The notes beneath the pieces were generated by a model that was not told the origin of the DNA, ran no database searches, and was given only the letters and a program-made list of their open reading frames with translations. Positions 38,162 through 51,630 of a stretch of DNA of 64,000 bases are shown here, piece after piece. Position numbers and translations under genes: made by a program. How positions within the stretch are numbered: position 1 is the stretch's first letter; every line of letters starts with the position of its first letter. The stretch comes from Malacoraja senta (taxonomy: Eukaryota), in contig CM075994.1 of the NCBI GenBank assembly GCA_038087875.1, positions 8,558,001 through 8,622,000 of the forward strand, given 5' to 3'.

Positions 38162-38257
38162 CTTCAGCTTGGCCTCGCTCGCCTCTTCTTCCAGCCGGCT
38201 TCTAGAAAGTTCTTCCAGCGTCACCTCAAATCGATCCAGGGCTTCGACCAATTTATC
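38162..38257 (-). CDS. TRIM gene coding exon 2 (coiled-coil, 96 bp)
   Basis: tttcag|DKLVEALDRFEVTLEELSRSRLEEEASEAKLK|gtgagg; 96 bp is the typical size for TRIM-B30.2 exon 2. Confidence 0.92.
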
Positions 38258-38988
38258 CTGAAACGGGACATAGGAAATAAAAGAGGGCCAAACCTGGTTT
38301 AGTTTGTTCACGTGGCAATAAACTAAACTATCCTCAACTAAACTAGATACAAATTAGATCTAAGCTAAACTAAACTTGCTTTTAGGAACTATCTTCTAGT
38401 TCAGTTTAGTTTATTGTCACGTAAAAAGCTTTTGTTGCCTGCCAACCAGTCAACGGAAAGACAATACATGATTACAGTCGAGCCGTCCACAGATAAAGGG
38501 AATAACGTTTAGTGCAAGGTAAAGCCAGCAAAGTCCGATCAAGGATAGTCCGAGAGTCTCCAATGAGGTAGATAGTAGTTCAGGACAGCTCTCTGGTTGT
38601 GGTAGGATGGTTCAGTTGCCTGATAACAGCTGGGAAGAAATTGTCCCTGAATCTGGAGGTGTGCGTTTTCACACTTCTGTACCTCTTGCCCGATGGGAAA
38701 GGGGAGAAGAGGGAGTGGCCGGGGTGAGGCTGGTCCTTGATGATGCTGCTGGCCTTGCCGAGGCAGCGTGAGGTGTGGATGGAGTCAATGGAAGGGAGAT
38801 GGACACACAATGCTGGAGTAACTCAGCGGGACAGGCAGCATCTCTGGAGAGAAGGAATGGGAGACGTTTCGGGTCGAGACCCTTCTTCAGACTCCACCCC
38901 TTCGACGGAAGGGAGATTGGTTGAAGTGATGGTGAGGGACAGTTTCTTCAGGGACACGGGTGTTGTGGGGACTTGTCGCTGTGCCTAC

Positions 38989-39288
38989 CTGCGTCTTCGC
39001 TTCCTTGTCCCACTGAGCCGGCTCTTCTCTGGGCATCGGTAGAAGCTTCTGGATGATCTCGGTGAGGTTGGACACGGTGCGGTTCGGCCGCAGATGCTGC
39101 CGCGGGAATACTTCTCGGCACTGGGGGCAGGAGACCTCCCCTCCTCCCACCGAATCCCAGAAGCCCACGATGCAGGCGCGGCAGAAGTTGTGGCCGCAGT
39201 CGATGGTCTGGGGCTCCCGGAACATGTCCAAGCAGATGGAGCATGTGGCCTCCTTCCACAGGCTCTCCAGCTCCTGTTCATGCTCCAT
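38989..39288 (-). CDS. TRIM-family gene coding exon 1 (C3HC4 RING, no B-box)
   Basis: ATG in good Kozak context (ggcATGG); CSIC..CGHNFCRAC..CPQC RING; donor CAG|GTAGGC; 300 bp, phase 0. Confidence 0.93.
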
Positions 39289-39564
39289 GCCTCAGCTCAG
39301 GTAGGTAACCCCTTCACTCCCCGCTATGGAGAGACTTAACCAGAGGCAGCTGAGGTCCAGAGGACCAGAGGACGTGGTTGTCCACCTGTCTCCTCCACTC
39401 TTGGCCAACAGACTTCGACGTTAAATTAGTGTGCGTCCCACAGTTCAGCTGGGACAGCGAGATCAAAAACCTCTCTCCGTCGCCTGAAAGAACAAAGCAT
39501 TGAAAATGGACACAAAATGCTGGAGTAACTCAGCGGGACATCCGAGCAGCATCTCCGGAGACAA

Positions 39565-40322
39565 TAAACAATAGACAATAGACAATAGGTTCAGGAGTAG
39601 GCCATTCGGCCCTTCGAGCCAGCACCGCCATTCAATGTGATTATGGCTGATCATCCACAATCAGTACCCCGTTCCTGCCTTCTCCCCATATCCCCTGACT
39701 CCGGTATCTTTAAGAGCCGTCTCTAGTTCTCTCTTGAATGTATCCAGAGAACCGGCCTCCACCGCCCTCTGAGGCAGATAATTCCACAGACTCACAACTC
39801 TCTGTGTGAAAAAGTGTTTCCTCATCTCCGTTCTAAATGGCTTACCCCTTATTCTTAAACTGTGGCCCCTGGTTCAGGACTCCCCCAACATTGGGAACAT
39901 GTTTCCTGCCTCTAGCGTGTCCAAACCCTTAATAATCTTATATGTTTCAATAAGATATCCTCTCATCCTTCTAAACTACCGAGTGTACAAGCCCAGCCGC
40001 TCCATTCACTCAGCATATGACAATCCTGCCATTCCGGGAATTAACCTTGTAAACCTACACTGCACTCTCTCAATACCAAGAATGTCCTTCCTCAAATTAG
40101 GGGACCAAAACTGCACACAATACTCCAGGTGTGGTCTCACTAGGGCTCTGTACAACTGCAGAAGGACCTCTTTGCTCCTATACTCAACTCCTCTTGTTAT
40201 AAAGGCCAACATGCCATTCACTTTCTTCACTGCCTGCTGTACCTGCATGCTTACTTTCAGTGACTGATGAACAAGGACCTCCAGATCCCATTGTACTTCC
40301 TCTTTTCCCAACTTGACACCAG
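39565..40322 (-). mobile_element. CR1 3' fragment
   Basis: QSLKVSMQVQQAVKK.NGML...RPHLEYCVQFWSP; (attgtct)n tail. Confidence 0.9.
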
Positions 40323-41990
40323 AGTATACGGAGAGAAGGAATGGGTGAAGTTTCGGGTCGAGACCCTTCTTCAGACTGAGAATCAGGGGAGTGTGCGGCA
40401 CAAAGCATTGAAACGTGGTCACAAGAAGCTGGAGTAACTCAAACCCACTGAGTAACTCCAGCTTTTTGCGTCTTCGCTTTAAACCAGCATCTGCAGTTCC
40501 TTCCTCCACGTTGAAACAATGGTCAACTCCCTTCATCCGAACTTTTCAACCCCTCCCTTCCACCACCCCCCCCCCCCCCACCCACTCACCCTATCCCCCC
40601 TGTCCACCCTCCCATCACCGTCCCCTTTCACTCAGAGAGTCATAGAGAGTGATACAGCGTGGAAACAGGCCCTTCGGCCCAACTGGCCAACTGGCCAACA
40701 TCTAAACTAGTCCCACTTGCCTGCGCTTGGTCCATATCCCTCCAAACCTGTCCTATCCATGTACCTGGTTACAACCTCTCACTATAGTTAACTCCCCCCC
40801 CAACCCACTCTGCCCCCCTACTCCTCTGCCGCCACCTTCCTCGCCCCTCCCTTCCACCCCCCTCCCCTTGGTCTTTCACTCCCACCGTCTATTTCTAACC
40901 CCCCCTTCGTCCCCTTCCGCCATGGTTTCCTTTCCACCTCCGTCCCCTCCCACCCCACCCTCTCCATCCCCATCACCCCTCCCACCTCAGCCCCATCCAT
41001 CCCCCACCTCCCCTTCTATCCCTTTCCACCCCCACCCTTATGTCCCCTCCCATCCTCCCCTCCGTCCCATTTACACCCCCTTCCAACTCCTCCCCCCTGC
41101 CCCCCACCCATCCCCTTCCACTCCCCTCCCCTCCCCTCCACCCCTTCTCCATCCCGTTCCACCTCGCTCCCCCTCGACTCCGCAGATTCACCACCCCCTG
41201 AGAATGCAACACCTCACATTTCTCTGTGTTAACTTCCATCAACCATTCCTCAGCCCACCTGGCCAATCGATCCAGATCCTGCTGCAATTTCTCACAACCA
41301 TCCTCACGGCCTGCAAAACCACCCACTTTTAGTTTAGTTTAGAGATACAGCGCGGAAACCGGCCCCTCGGCCCACCGAGTCCGCGCCGACCAGCGATCCC
41401 CGCACACTAACACTAGCCTACACACACTGGGGACTGGGGCCAATTTAGAAATCTAACCAAGGCCAATTAACCTTCAAACCTGTATGTCTTTGGAGTGCGG
41501 GAGGAAACCGGAGCACCTGGAGAAAACCCACGCAGGTCACGGGGAGATCGTACAAACTCCGTACAGACAGCACCCGTAGTCGGGATCGAACCCGTATCTC
41601 CGGCGCTGCAAGCGCTGTAAGGCAGCAACTCTACCGCGGCCGCCCTCTGTCTCTGTCGCGGCCGATGTCGCAAACATGCCCGTGTTTTATACTAATGCTT
41701 CAATCAATAGTCTAAAAGAAGCCTTTGTTCTGACGCAAGTCTCCCACGCCTCTGAAGTCCATCATTCCTAGTTGTCACTTGTCCAAGGGCTGAATAAGCA
41801 AAACACATCTTCAATCCTTATCAGGCTACAGAATTATTCATTTTGTTGCCCGTTCACATTTTCATTAACGTCATACATTCTTTACACTTTAGAGAAACTG
41901 AGCAGAAACAGGCCCTTCGGCCCGCCGAATGTGCACCAACAAACGATCACCCCGTGCATTAGCACTACCCTGTACACACTAGGGACAATT

Positions 41991-42123
<133 letters not shown>

Positions 42124-42685
42124 CCTCTGTTATATATTTTATCTTCTAACCTTTCTAAAGGCTTCTGTTGTTCGTACACAGGCCCTGAACTCTCAGGACT
42201 CTGAAGTGAATCAAACAGTAGCCACTTATTCAAGGACTGCACAAATGAAACTTACTAAAGTGCAGAGGTTGAGCAGAGAGTTCTTGAATTGTTAGTGTAC
42301 TTTGTAGTTTCTCAGACTGTTCCTTTCCACCCACTCTTATCTGCTCATTGTGGTCAGGGACACAGTTTAGTTTAGTTTAGTTTTGGTTTAGAGATACAGC
42401 ATGCAAACTAGTTGGAGAGAGAGAAACAGAGTGAAATGTTAAGGCAGCAAAAACAATAAAATGATGTAAATATGGGCCCGTGATTGACTTGTGGTGAGAG
42501 CCTAGCAGAAGGTAACCATGGTTACGTAGTGTGGCCTTGATAAGATAAGGTGTCCAGGAGCGGCCATTTTGAAAGTAGGACACGGTGGCGCAGCGGTAGG
42601 GGGAGAGAGAGAGGGGGAGAGAGAGAGGGGGAGAAAGAGAGAGGGGAAGGGGGAGGGGAAGAGAGGGGGAGAAGAGGGGGAGAGG

Positions 42686-42724
<39 letters not shown>

Positions 42725-44670
42725 TGCGGAGTTTGCCACCTTCAACTTTATTTTTTAATTTCACTCTATTTGAAAAACTGCCAAACAAAGATCACAAATG
42801 AGATTCTCCTCTTTTTATTTCCTCTTCTTGGTTCACGTGATGAATTAATATCAAGATTAAAAAACATAACATTTCTAAATGCGAATTTTGCAAGAATTTT
42901 TTATGCTGGTATTTCATTACCAAATATATATATTTTAATGCAGCCCGGACCTGTTCAACTAGGAAGTGGTGAGAGGCAGCTCAGATATTTATCGTACTCT
43001 TTGGTATTCTTTGCGATAATAAGAATCTACTGTTGCTGCAGGTATAATGTTCACAAGCAACAGGTTTATAGAGATACATCGAATACAAAGTAGCCACACT
43101 CTCCATAATTATAATCTTTCCCTGTATATAAGACGTATCCATCCACGGTGGCTCAGCACTTCAACTCCCCCTCCCATTCCGTATCTGACCTCTCTGTCCT
43201 GGGTCTCCTCCATAGCCACAGCGAGCAACACCGTAAATTGGAGGAAATGCACCTCATATTCCGCTTGGGCAGTCTACATCCTGGTGGCCTGAATGTTGAA
43301 TTCTCCCAATTCTGCTAGCCCTGGCTGTCCCCTCCCCTTCATCAGCCACCTGGTTGTCTCCTCCCCTCCCCCAGCCCTCGGGCTCCTCCTCCGCCTTTTC
43401 CTTTTTTCCTTTCTTCTCCCCACCCCCTATCAGTCTGAAGAAGGGTTTCGGCCCGAAACGTTACCTATTTCCTTCGCTCCATAGATGCTGCTGCACCCGC
43501 TGAGTTTCTCCAGCATTTTTGTGTACCTTCCATCCACTGTAGACTTGATTGTAATCATGTATTGTCTTTCCGCTGGCTGGTTAGCACGCAACAAATGCTT
43601 TTCACTGTACTTCGGTACACGTGACAATAAACTACACTGAACGGAACTATGAGCTTCCTAAAGGGCAGCACGGTGGCGCAGCGGTAGAGTTGCTGCCTCA
43701 CAGCGCCGGAGACCCGGGTTCCATCCCAACTACGGGTGCTGCCTGTACGGAGTTTGCACGTTCTCCCCGTGACCTGCGTGGGTTTTCTCCGAGATCTTCA
43801 GTTTCCTCCCACACTCCAAGACGTGCAGGTTTATAGTTTAATTGGCTTGGTATAAGTGTAAATTGTAAATTCCCCCAGTGTGTGTAGGATAGTGTTAATG
43901 TGTGGTGATCGCTGGTCGGTGCAGACTCGGTGGGCCGAAGGGCCTGTTTCTGAGGCTGTGACCTCTGGTCCTAGACTCTCCACCAATGGAAACATCCTCT
44001 CCACATCCACTCTATCCAGGCCTTTCATTATTCTGTAAGTCTCAATGAGGTCAATGAGGCCCCCCCTCAACCATCTAAACTCCAGTGAGTACAGGCCCAG
44101 ATGTTCTGTGCTGTAAGACTCTATGGCTCAACCTCTCGAGTCCTGGCAACTTTGTTGTGACTGTATTCTGCACCATCTCTTGCTTCATGACATCCTTCCT
44201 GTAATGTGGCAACTGGAAATGTACACAATGTCCCACTTGCCGCCTGCGTTTAGTTTAGTTCAGTTTAGTTTAGAGATACAGTGTGAAAACAGGCCCTTCA
44301 GCCCACCGAGTCCGTGCCGACCAGCGATCCCCGCACACTAACACTATCCTACACACACTAGGGGGCAATTTACACTTACACCAAGCCAATTAACCTACAT
44401 ACCTGTACGTCTTTGGAGTGTGAAGGAAAACTGAAGATCTCGGCGAAATCCCATGCAAGTCACGGGAAGAACGTGCAAACTCCGTACAGACAGCACCCAT
44501 AGTCAGGATTGAACCCCGGGTCTCCAGCGCTGCAAGCGCTGTAAGGCAGCAACTCTACCGCTGCGCCACCGTGCCCTACTTTCAAAATGGCAACCCAATG
44601 CTTGTCCCCAAAGTGAGGGTCTTTTTCTCGGATGTTTGAATATTATTTCTATTACTTGGGGGTTTCCACT

Positions 44671-45710
44671 GATGGGAGAGTCTAGGACCAGAGGTCACAG
44701 CCTCAGAATTAAAGGGCGCTCTTTTTGAAAGGAGGAGTAACTTCTTTAGTCAGATGGAAGTGAATCTGTGGAACTCATTGCCACAGAGGGCTGTGGAGGC
44801 CATCAGAGGATATTTTAAGGCAGAGATAGACAATTTCTTGACTAGAATGGGTATCAAAGGGTATGGGGAGAAGACAAGAGAATGGGATTAAGAGGCAGAG
44901 ATCAGCCATGAAATCTTTTAGTACAAATGGGTGTGCTTATACATCAGTCACTGAAAGTAAGCATGCAGGTACAGCAGGCAGTGAAGCAAGCAAATGGCAT
45001 GTTTTTCCCTTCATAGCAAGGTGGTCCTACTGCAGTTGTACAGGGCCCTGGTGAAACCGCACCTGGAGTATTGTGTGCAGTTTTGGTCCCCTAATTTGAG
45101 GAAGGACATTCTTGCTATTGAGCGAGTGCAGCGTTGGTTTACAGGGTTAATTCCCGGGGATGGAGGGACTGACATGTGATGAAAGAAATGGGTCGACTGG
45201 GATTGTATTCACTGGAATTTAGAACGATGAGAGGCAATCTTATAGAACATATAAAATCTTAAGGGATTGGACAGGCTAGATGCAGGAAAAATGTTCCCGA
45301 TGTTGGGGGTGTCCAGAACTAGGGACCCAGTTTAAGAATAAGGGGTAGGGCCATTTAGGACTGAGATGAGGGAAAACGTTTTCACCCAGAGAGTTTGTGA
45401 ATCTGTGGAATTCTTTGCCACAGAAGGCAGTGGAGGCCAATTCACTGGATGTTTTCAAGGGAGAGTTAGATTTAGCTCTTGGGGCTAACGGAATCAAGGG
45501 ATATGGGGAAAACGCAGGAGCTGGGTACTGATTGTGGATGATCAGGCCATGATCATATTGAATGGCGGTGCTGGCTCGGGAGGGCTGAATGGCCTCCTCC
45601 TGCACCTATGTTTCTAAGATTGAATGGCGGAGTAGACTCGATGGGCCGAATGGCCTAATTCTACTCCTGTAACTTGTGAACTTGTGAGCATGTAGAACAA
45701 CCCCACTGTA
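44671..45710 (+). mobile_element. Composite CR1 3' fragments, inverted duplicate of 9165-10002 and 15596-16172
   Basis: CR1 motifs with shared junctions (gagatcagccatgaaatctt..agtaca; gtagaacaaccccactgta). Confidence 0.85.
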
Positions 45711-46899
45711 ATTTCCAGGCCCAGTCAGCTCTGGAGCAACAAACAAAAACACTGTTGTCGTGGTCTTGTTCGACTACGAACGACGAACAACAACAACAAT
45801 TTTAAGTCACATTATGGTTTGGCTAAGTTTAGAGATACAGCGCAGAAACAGGCCCCTTCGGCCCTCCGAGTGCACGCCGACCAGCGATCACCCCGTACAC
45901 TAACACTATCCCACACACTAGGGACCATTTTACATTTCCAAAGTCTAATTAACCTACAAACCTGCACAGCTTTGGAGTGTGGGATCAAACCGGAGCACCT
46001 GGAGAAAGCCCACGCTGTCACGGGGAGAAACGTACAAACTCCGTACAGACAGAACCAGTGGTGAGGGATTGAACCCGGGTCTCTTGCAGCTGTGAGGCAG
46101 CAACTCTACCGCTGCACCACCGTGCCACCCTATAGAGTGTTATCATTTTTATTGGCCCATGTTCGCATTGGAGTAAAGGATTGTTAAGGATGCCCGACAC
46201 AAACAAGCAAAATATGAAATGCTGTTCCTCCAGTTTGCCTTTGGCCTCAATCTGATCTACCTGATCTTCCCGGTTGCCAAACACTTTAACTCCCCCTCCC
46301 ATCCACACGGACCTTTCTGTCCTGGGCCTCCTCCACTGTCAGAGTGAGGCCCAGCGCTAATTGGAAGAACAGCACCTCATATTTCACTTGGGCAGCTTAC
46401 ACCCCAGCGGTATGAACATTGACTTCTCTAACTTCAAGTAGCCCTTGCTTTCCCCCTCTCTCCATCCCTCCCCCTTCCCAGTTCTCCGACCGGTCTGACT
46501 GTCCTCCTGATTAGATTTATCTCTTTGCTCTGTTGTCACCTTCTCCAAACTAACAATGATCGATTCTACATGTTCCTTGAACCCCATCTCTTTTGATGTC
46601 CCGTTTTCACACTGCCTTATCTCGGTGTCTCCCTCTCCCCCTGACTCTCAGTCTGAAGAAGGGTCTCCACCAGAAACATCACCCATTCCTTCTCTCCAGA
46701 GATGCTGCCTGTCCTGCTGAGTTACTCCAGCATTTTGTATCTATCTTCAGTGTTAAACCAACATCTGCAATTCCTTCCTACACATTAAAAAAAAATCAAA
46801 AGTCTTTATTCCAAATATTAAAATAGTATTTACAATACAATAAAACAGGACCCACCACCACAATACAAGACAACAAATATCAGTCATTCAATTTTATTT

Positions 46900-47545
46900 G
46901 TCAATCAATTTAATTTGTATAGCACATTTAAAAACAACTCACGTTGACCAAAGTGCTGTACATCAGTGCATGTACTAATGTGCTACATACAATGGTACAC
47001 AGACCTAACAATACGTACATAAACTGTTTACAGCGCCCCCTTAGAGGGCCTCAAAATCGCTAGGGAGTAGAAATAGGTTTTAAGCCTCGACTTAAAGGAG
47101 TCGATGGAGGGGGCAGTTCTGATGAGGAGAGGGAGGCTGTTCCACAGTCTAGGCGCTGCAACCGCAAAAGCGCGGTCACCCCTGAGCTTAAACCTGGACC
47201 GCGGGATAGTCAGTAGCCCCAAGTCGGCCGACCTGAGGGACCAGGAGGTAGAATGGTGGGTTAGAAGAGTTTCGATATTATGGGGGGGGGGGGTTAGCCC
47301 GTTAAGGGCTTTGTATACGAATTAGAGGAGCTTGAAGTTGATTCTGTACCGTACTGGGAGCCAGTGGAGAGAGGCCAGAATCGGGGTGATGTGGTCCCTT
47401 TTACGGGTACCGTCAGATGTCTCTCGCTGCGGCGTTTTGAACCAATTGCAGGCGGGACAGGGATGATTGGCTGATGCCAGTGTACAGGGAGTTGCAGGTA
47501 GTCAAGGCGGGAGGGATGAATGCGTGGATGAATTTTTTCAAGCTC
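46900..47545 (-). mobile_element. L2 LINE 3' fragment
   Basis: LLTIPRSRFKLRGDRAFAVAAPRLWNSLP..IR.A.S...FKS.LKT.F; SRLDY; L2-type tail tgtacagcactttgg..tgctat. Confidence 0.85.
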
Positions 47546-47619
47546 GTCAATGTTGGAGGAATGGTACCAAGTACTCAACAACTGTACTGCAATCCTGCTG
47601 TTCGAGTGCTATAAATAAA

Positions 47620-48322
47620 GACATAGAAACATAGAAAATAGGTGCAGGAGTAGGCCATTCGGCCCTTCGAGCCTGCACAGCCATTTGATATGATCATGGC
47701 TGATCATCCAACTCAGTATCCCATCCCTGTCTTCTCTCCATACCCCCTGATCCCTTTAGCCACAAGGGCCACATCTAACTCCGTCTTAAATATAGCCAAT
47801 GAACTGGCCTCAACTACCTTCTGTGCAGAGAATTCCACAGATTCACCACTCTCTGTGTAAAAATAGATTTCCTCATCTCTGGTCCTAAAAGTCTTCCCTC
47901 TATCCTTAAAATGTGACCCCTAGTTCTGGACTTCCCCAACATCGGGAATAATCTTCCTGCATCTAGCCTGTCCAACCCCTTAAGAATTTTCTAAGTTTCT
48001 ATAAGATCCCCCCTCCAACGTGTACAAGCCGAGTCTATCCAGTCTTTCCTCATACGAAAGTCCTGCCATCCCAGGAATCAGTCTGGTGAACCTTCTCTGT
48101 ACTCCCTCTATGGCAAGAATGTCTTTCCTCAGATTAGGAGACCAAAACTGTATGCAATACTCCAGGTGTGGTCTCAACAAGACCCTGTACAACTGCAGTA
48201 GAACCTCCCTGCTCTTATACCTCAAATCCTTTTGCTATGAATGCTAACATACCATTCGCTTTCTTCACTGCCTGCTGCACCTGCATGCCTAATTTCAATG
48301 ACTGGTGTACCATGACACCCAG
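47620..48322 (-). mobile_element. CR1 3' fragment
   Basis: SREVLLQLYRVL.RPHLEYC.QFWSP; (tttctatg) tail. Confidence 0.9.
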
Positions 48323-48705
48323 ACTTTGATCTACAAACCACGGGCCTTTTTAATAATAAGCAGACGGGTTTATCCCCCCCCCCCCTCTCCAGTCCCCTCC
48401 CGCACAGCTCCACATGGTATGTGATGAACTGCTACAACATATCCCCGCCCTGTTCAATGACGACCCAGTCTCCGCCTATTGTGTTGGTTTCATTTCCCAT
48501 TGTTTAGTTTCACTTCGTAATAACTTGTTGGGGTGATTTTCTAGGTTTTTGCTTTAAGTCAAGATATAGGTTTCGGCCTATGTTTTCCGTTTGATGTTGT
48601 CACATCGACAGAGGGACTGTGACAAGCTGTATTTTGCGTGGTGCACAAACAGATCAGACATTACGTGTAGGAAAGAACTGCAGATGCTGGTTTCAATCAA
48701 AGGTA

Positions 48706-49169
48706 GACACAAAGTGCTGGAGTAACTCAGCGGGTCAGGCAGCATCTGTGGAGGAAAATGACACAAAGTGCTGGAGTAACTCAGCGGGTCAGGCAGCATC
48801 TGTGGAGGAAAATGATACAAAGTGCTGGAGTAACTCAACGGGTCAGGTAGCATCTGTGGAGGAAAAGAAAAGACACAAAGTGCTGGAGTAACTCAGCGGG
48901 TCAGGCAGCATCTGTGGAGGAAAATGATACAAAGTGCTGGAGTAACTCAGGCGGGTCAGGCAGCATCTGTGGAGGAAAATGATACAAAGTGCTGGAGTAA
49001 CTCAACGGGTCAGGCAGCATCTGTGGAGGAAAATGATACAAAGTGCTGGAGTAACTCAATGGGTCAGGCAGCATCTGTGGAGGAAAAGAAAAGACACAAA
49101 GTGCTGGAGTAACTCAGCGGGTCAGGCAGCATCTGTGGAGGCAAAGAAATGAATACAAAGTGCTGGAGT
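48706..49169. repeat. Minisatellite of about 54-58-bp units (8 full plus 1 partial) derived from the Penelope-associated repeat
   Basis: Unit acacaaagtgctggagtaactcagcgggtcaggcagcatctgtggaggaaaatg. Confidence 0.92.
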
Positions 49170-49250
49170 ATTTACCACTTTCTCCAACTCCACAAACTGC
49201 AGTTGGTTGGCGGGCCGAGCCCATGGAGGGTGACGGAGCAACCTGCAGCA

Positions 49251-49349
49251 ACCTGGACTTACCTGGGCTTACCTAGATTTACCTGGGCTTACCTGGATTT
49301 ACCTGGGCTTACCTGGATTTACCTGGGCTTTTACCTGTGCTTACCTGGA
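49251..49349. repeat. 10-bp tandem repeat (acctgggctt / acctggattt)
   Basis: Direct inspection. Confidence 0.9.
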
Positions 49350-49494
49350 TAAGCAGCCCTCCAGTACATCCAGCAGGTTCACCGGACTTTGGACTTTTCG
49401 TTTTGTACACGGTGGCGCAGCGGTAGAGTTGCTGCCTCACAGCACCAAAGACACGGGTTTCATCCTGACTCTGGGTGTTGTCATCAGTCATAGA

Positions 49495-49950
49495 GTGATA
49501 CAGTGTGGAAACAGGCCCTTTGGCCCAACCTGCCCACACAGGCCAACATGTCCTTACTTACACTAGTCCTACCTGCCTGCATTTGCCATATCCCTCCAAA
49601 CCTGTCCTATCAATGTACCTGTCTAACTGTTTCTTAAATGTTGCGTTAGTCCCAGACTCAACTACCTCCTCTGGCAGCTCGTTCCATACACCCACCACCC
49701 TTTGTGTGAAATAGTTACCCCTCAGATTCCTATTAAATCTTTTCCCTTTCACCCTGAACCCATGTCCTCTGGTCCTCGATTCCCCTACTCTGGGCACGAG
49801 ACTCTGTGCATCTACCCGATCTATTCCTCTCAAGATCATATACACCTCTATAAGATCACCCCTCATCCTCCTGCACTCCAAGGAATAGAGACCCAGCCTA
49901 CTCAACCTCTCCCTGTAGCTCACACCCTCTAGTCCTGCAAACATCCCTGT
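49495..49950 (-). mobile_element. CR1 3' fragment of a different subfamily
   Basis: LGLYSLECRRMRGDLIEVY...RVVGVWNELP; tail matches the SINE tail gggcctgtttcc. Confidence 0.85.
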
Positions 49951-50379
49951 AAATTACGGGCGGCACGGTAGCGTAGCAGTAGAGCTACTGTCTCACAGCG
50001 CCAGGGACCCGGGTTTGATCCTGACAACGGGTGCTGTCTGTACGGAGTTGGCACGTTCTCCCGTGACCTGCGTGCGTTTGCTCCGTGATCTTCGGTTTCC
50101 TCCCACACTCCAAAGACGTGCAGGTTTGTAGGTTAATCGGCTTGGTATCAATGTAAAATTGTCCCTAGTGTGTGTAGGGCAGTGATCATGTGCGGGGATC
50201 ACTGGTCTGTGCGGACTCGGTGGGCCGAAGGAGCCTGTTTCCACATTGTATCTCTAAACTAAACTAAATCTTCTCTGTACCCTTTCCAGCTTGCCCAGAG
50301 GCCCGATGTACCTGGAGCCATCTCTCCACACATTGGACCTGTCGAATCTCTATGCTGAGGAAAGGTCTCGAATAGTGTA

Positions 50380-50824
50380 GCTGGGACATCCCATATATTG
50401 GGCTAAATTGGTTTGTCCCGTACGGGACCGCCCTTGTCCCGTATTTGACTGCTACTACTCGGGTCGAGGGGACTGTCGGGTCGGAGCGCCGCGTCCGGCC
50501 CCACCTCACCCGTCCCGACGTAGTGCAGCCCATGGAGTGCAGCAGCAGCCAGCAGCAGCACCTCGCCCATGGCCCCGTCGGTCGGCAGCCCGGCCAGCTG
50601 TCCGACCTTCGGACCTTCGCTTACCCGCCGACACCACCACCCCTCCTTCTCATGGCCGATCATCGGTTCATGAGTTGGATGGGGCCAAGTGTGCAGTCCA
50701 GCACCCGGGCCAACTCATCATTCACCCAGACACGGCCGAGTCGCTCAAGGATTGCCGTCGGGAGTTTGTCCCGTATTTGGACCATTTGTCCCTTATTTGG
50801 GAGTGAGGAAGTTGGCAACCCTAG
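50380..50824. mobile_element. Probable hAT-derived MITE fragment
   Basis: Subterminal ttgtcccgtattt repeats; terminus gttggcaaccctag (revcomp tagggttgccaac). Confidence 0.5.
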
Positions 50825-51184
50825 TCTCGACCCGATACGTCACCCATTCCTTTCTCCAGAGATGCTGCCTGTCCCGCTGAGTTACTCCAGCTTTTTGTGT
50901 TGAACATCTCTGCTGCGACTCTCTTCCACCCGTCTGAAGATGAATTGCCCAACTGCGAGAAGATGGTTCGGAAGAACCTTCTCTCGTTCTTGTGCTGGTC
51001 GCTTTGGAGGGAAGGAGGAGAAAACATTTCAACTACTGTATACGTTGTTCAAGATGTGGACTCTTGTACATCGTCAAACGCAGACTGGGCGATCGTTTCG
51101 CGGTTCAGCTTGGACTGGACCTACCTGATCTCCCGGTTACTGGACACTTTAATTCTCCTTCCCATTCCCACACAGACCTTTCTG

Positions 51185-51384
51185 NNNNNNNNNNNNNNNN
51201 NNNNNNNNNNNNNNNNNNNNNNNNNNNNNNNNNNNNNNNNNNNNNNNNNNNNNNNNNNNNNNNNNNNNNNNNNNNNNNNNNNNNNNNNNNNNNNNNNNNN
51301 NNNNNNNNNNNNNNNNNNNNNNNNNNNNNNNNNNNNNNNNNNNNNNNNNNNNNNNNNNNNNNNNNNNNNNNNNNNNNNNNNNNN
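51185..51384. other. Assembly gap (200 N)
   Basis: Run of N. Confidence 1.
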
Positions 51385-51630
51385 GCGAGTGTAGAGTGTG
51401 TAGTGTGGAGTGTAGAGCGTGTAGTGTGGAGTGTAGTGTGTAGTGTGGAGTGTAGAGTGTAGAGCGTGTAGTGTGGAGTGTAGAGTGTAGAGCGTGTAGT
51501 GTGGAGTGTAGTGTGGAGTATAGAGCGTGGAGTGTAGGGTGTAGAGCGTGGAACGTGGAGTACTGCGTAGAGTGTAGAGTAGTGTGGAGTGTAGAGTAGT
51601 GCATAGAGCGTGGAGCGTAGAGTAGAGCGT
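51385..51630. repeat. Degenerate (gtgtaga / gtgtgga) simple repeat at the contig edge
   Basis: Direct inspection. Confidence 0.9.

Noticed and set aside
48706..49169. CRISPR-like appearance of regularly spaced repeats
   Set aside because: Units are contiguous near-identical tandem copies without unique spacers; eukaryotic context and no cas genes
50900..51002. Possible next C4 exon (pyrimidine tract plus AG on the minus strand)
   Set aside because: None of the three frames resembles the C4 C345C region and there is no clear donor; left unassigned
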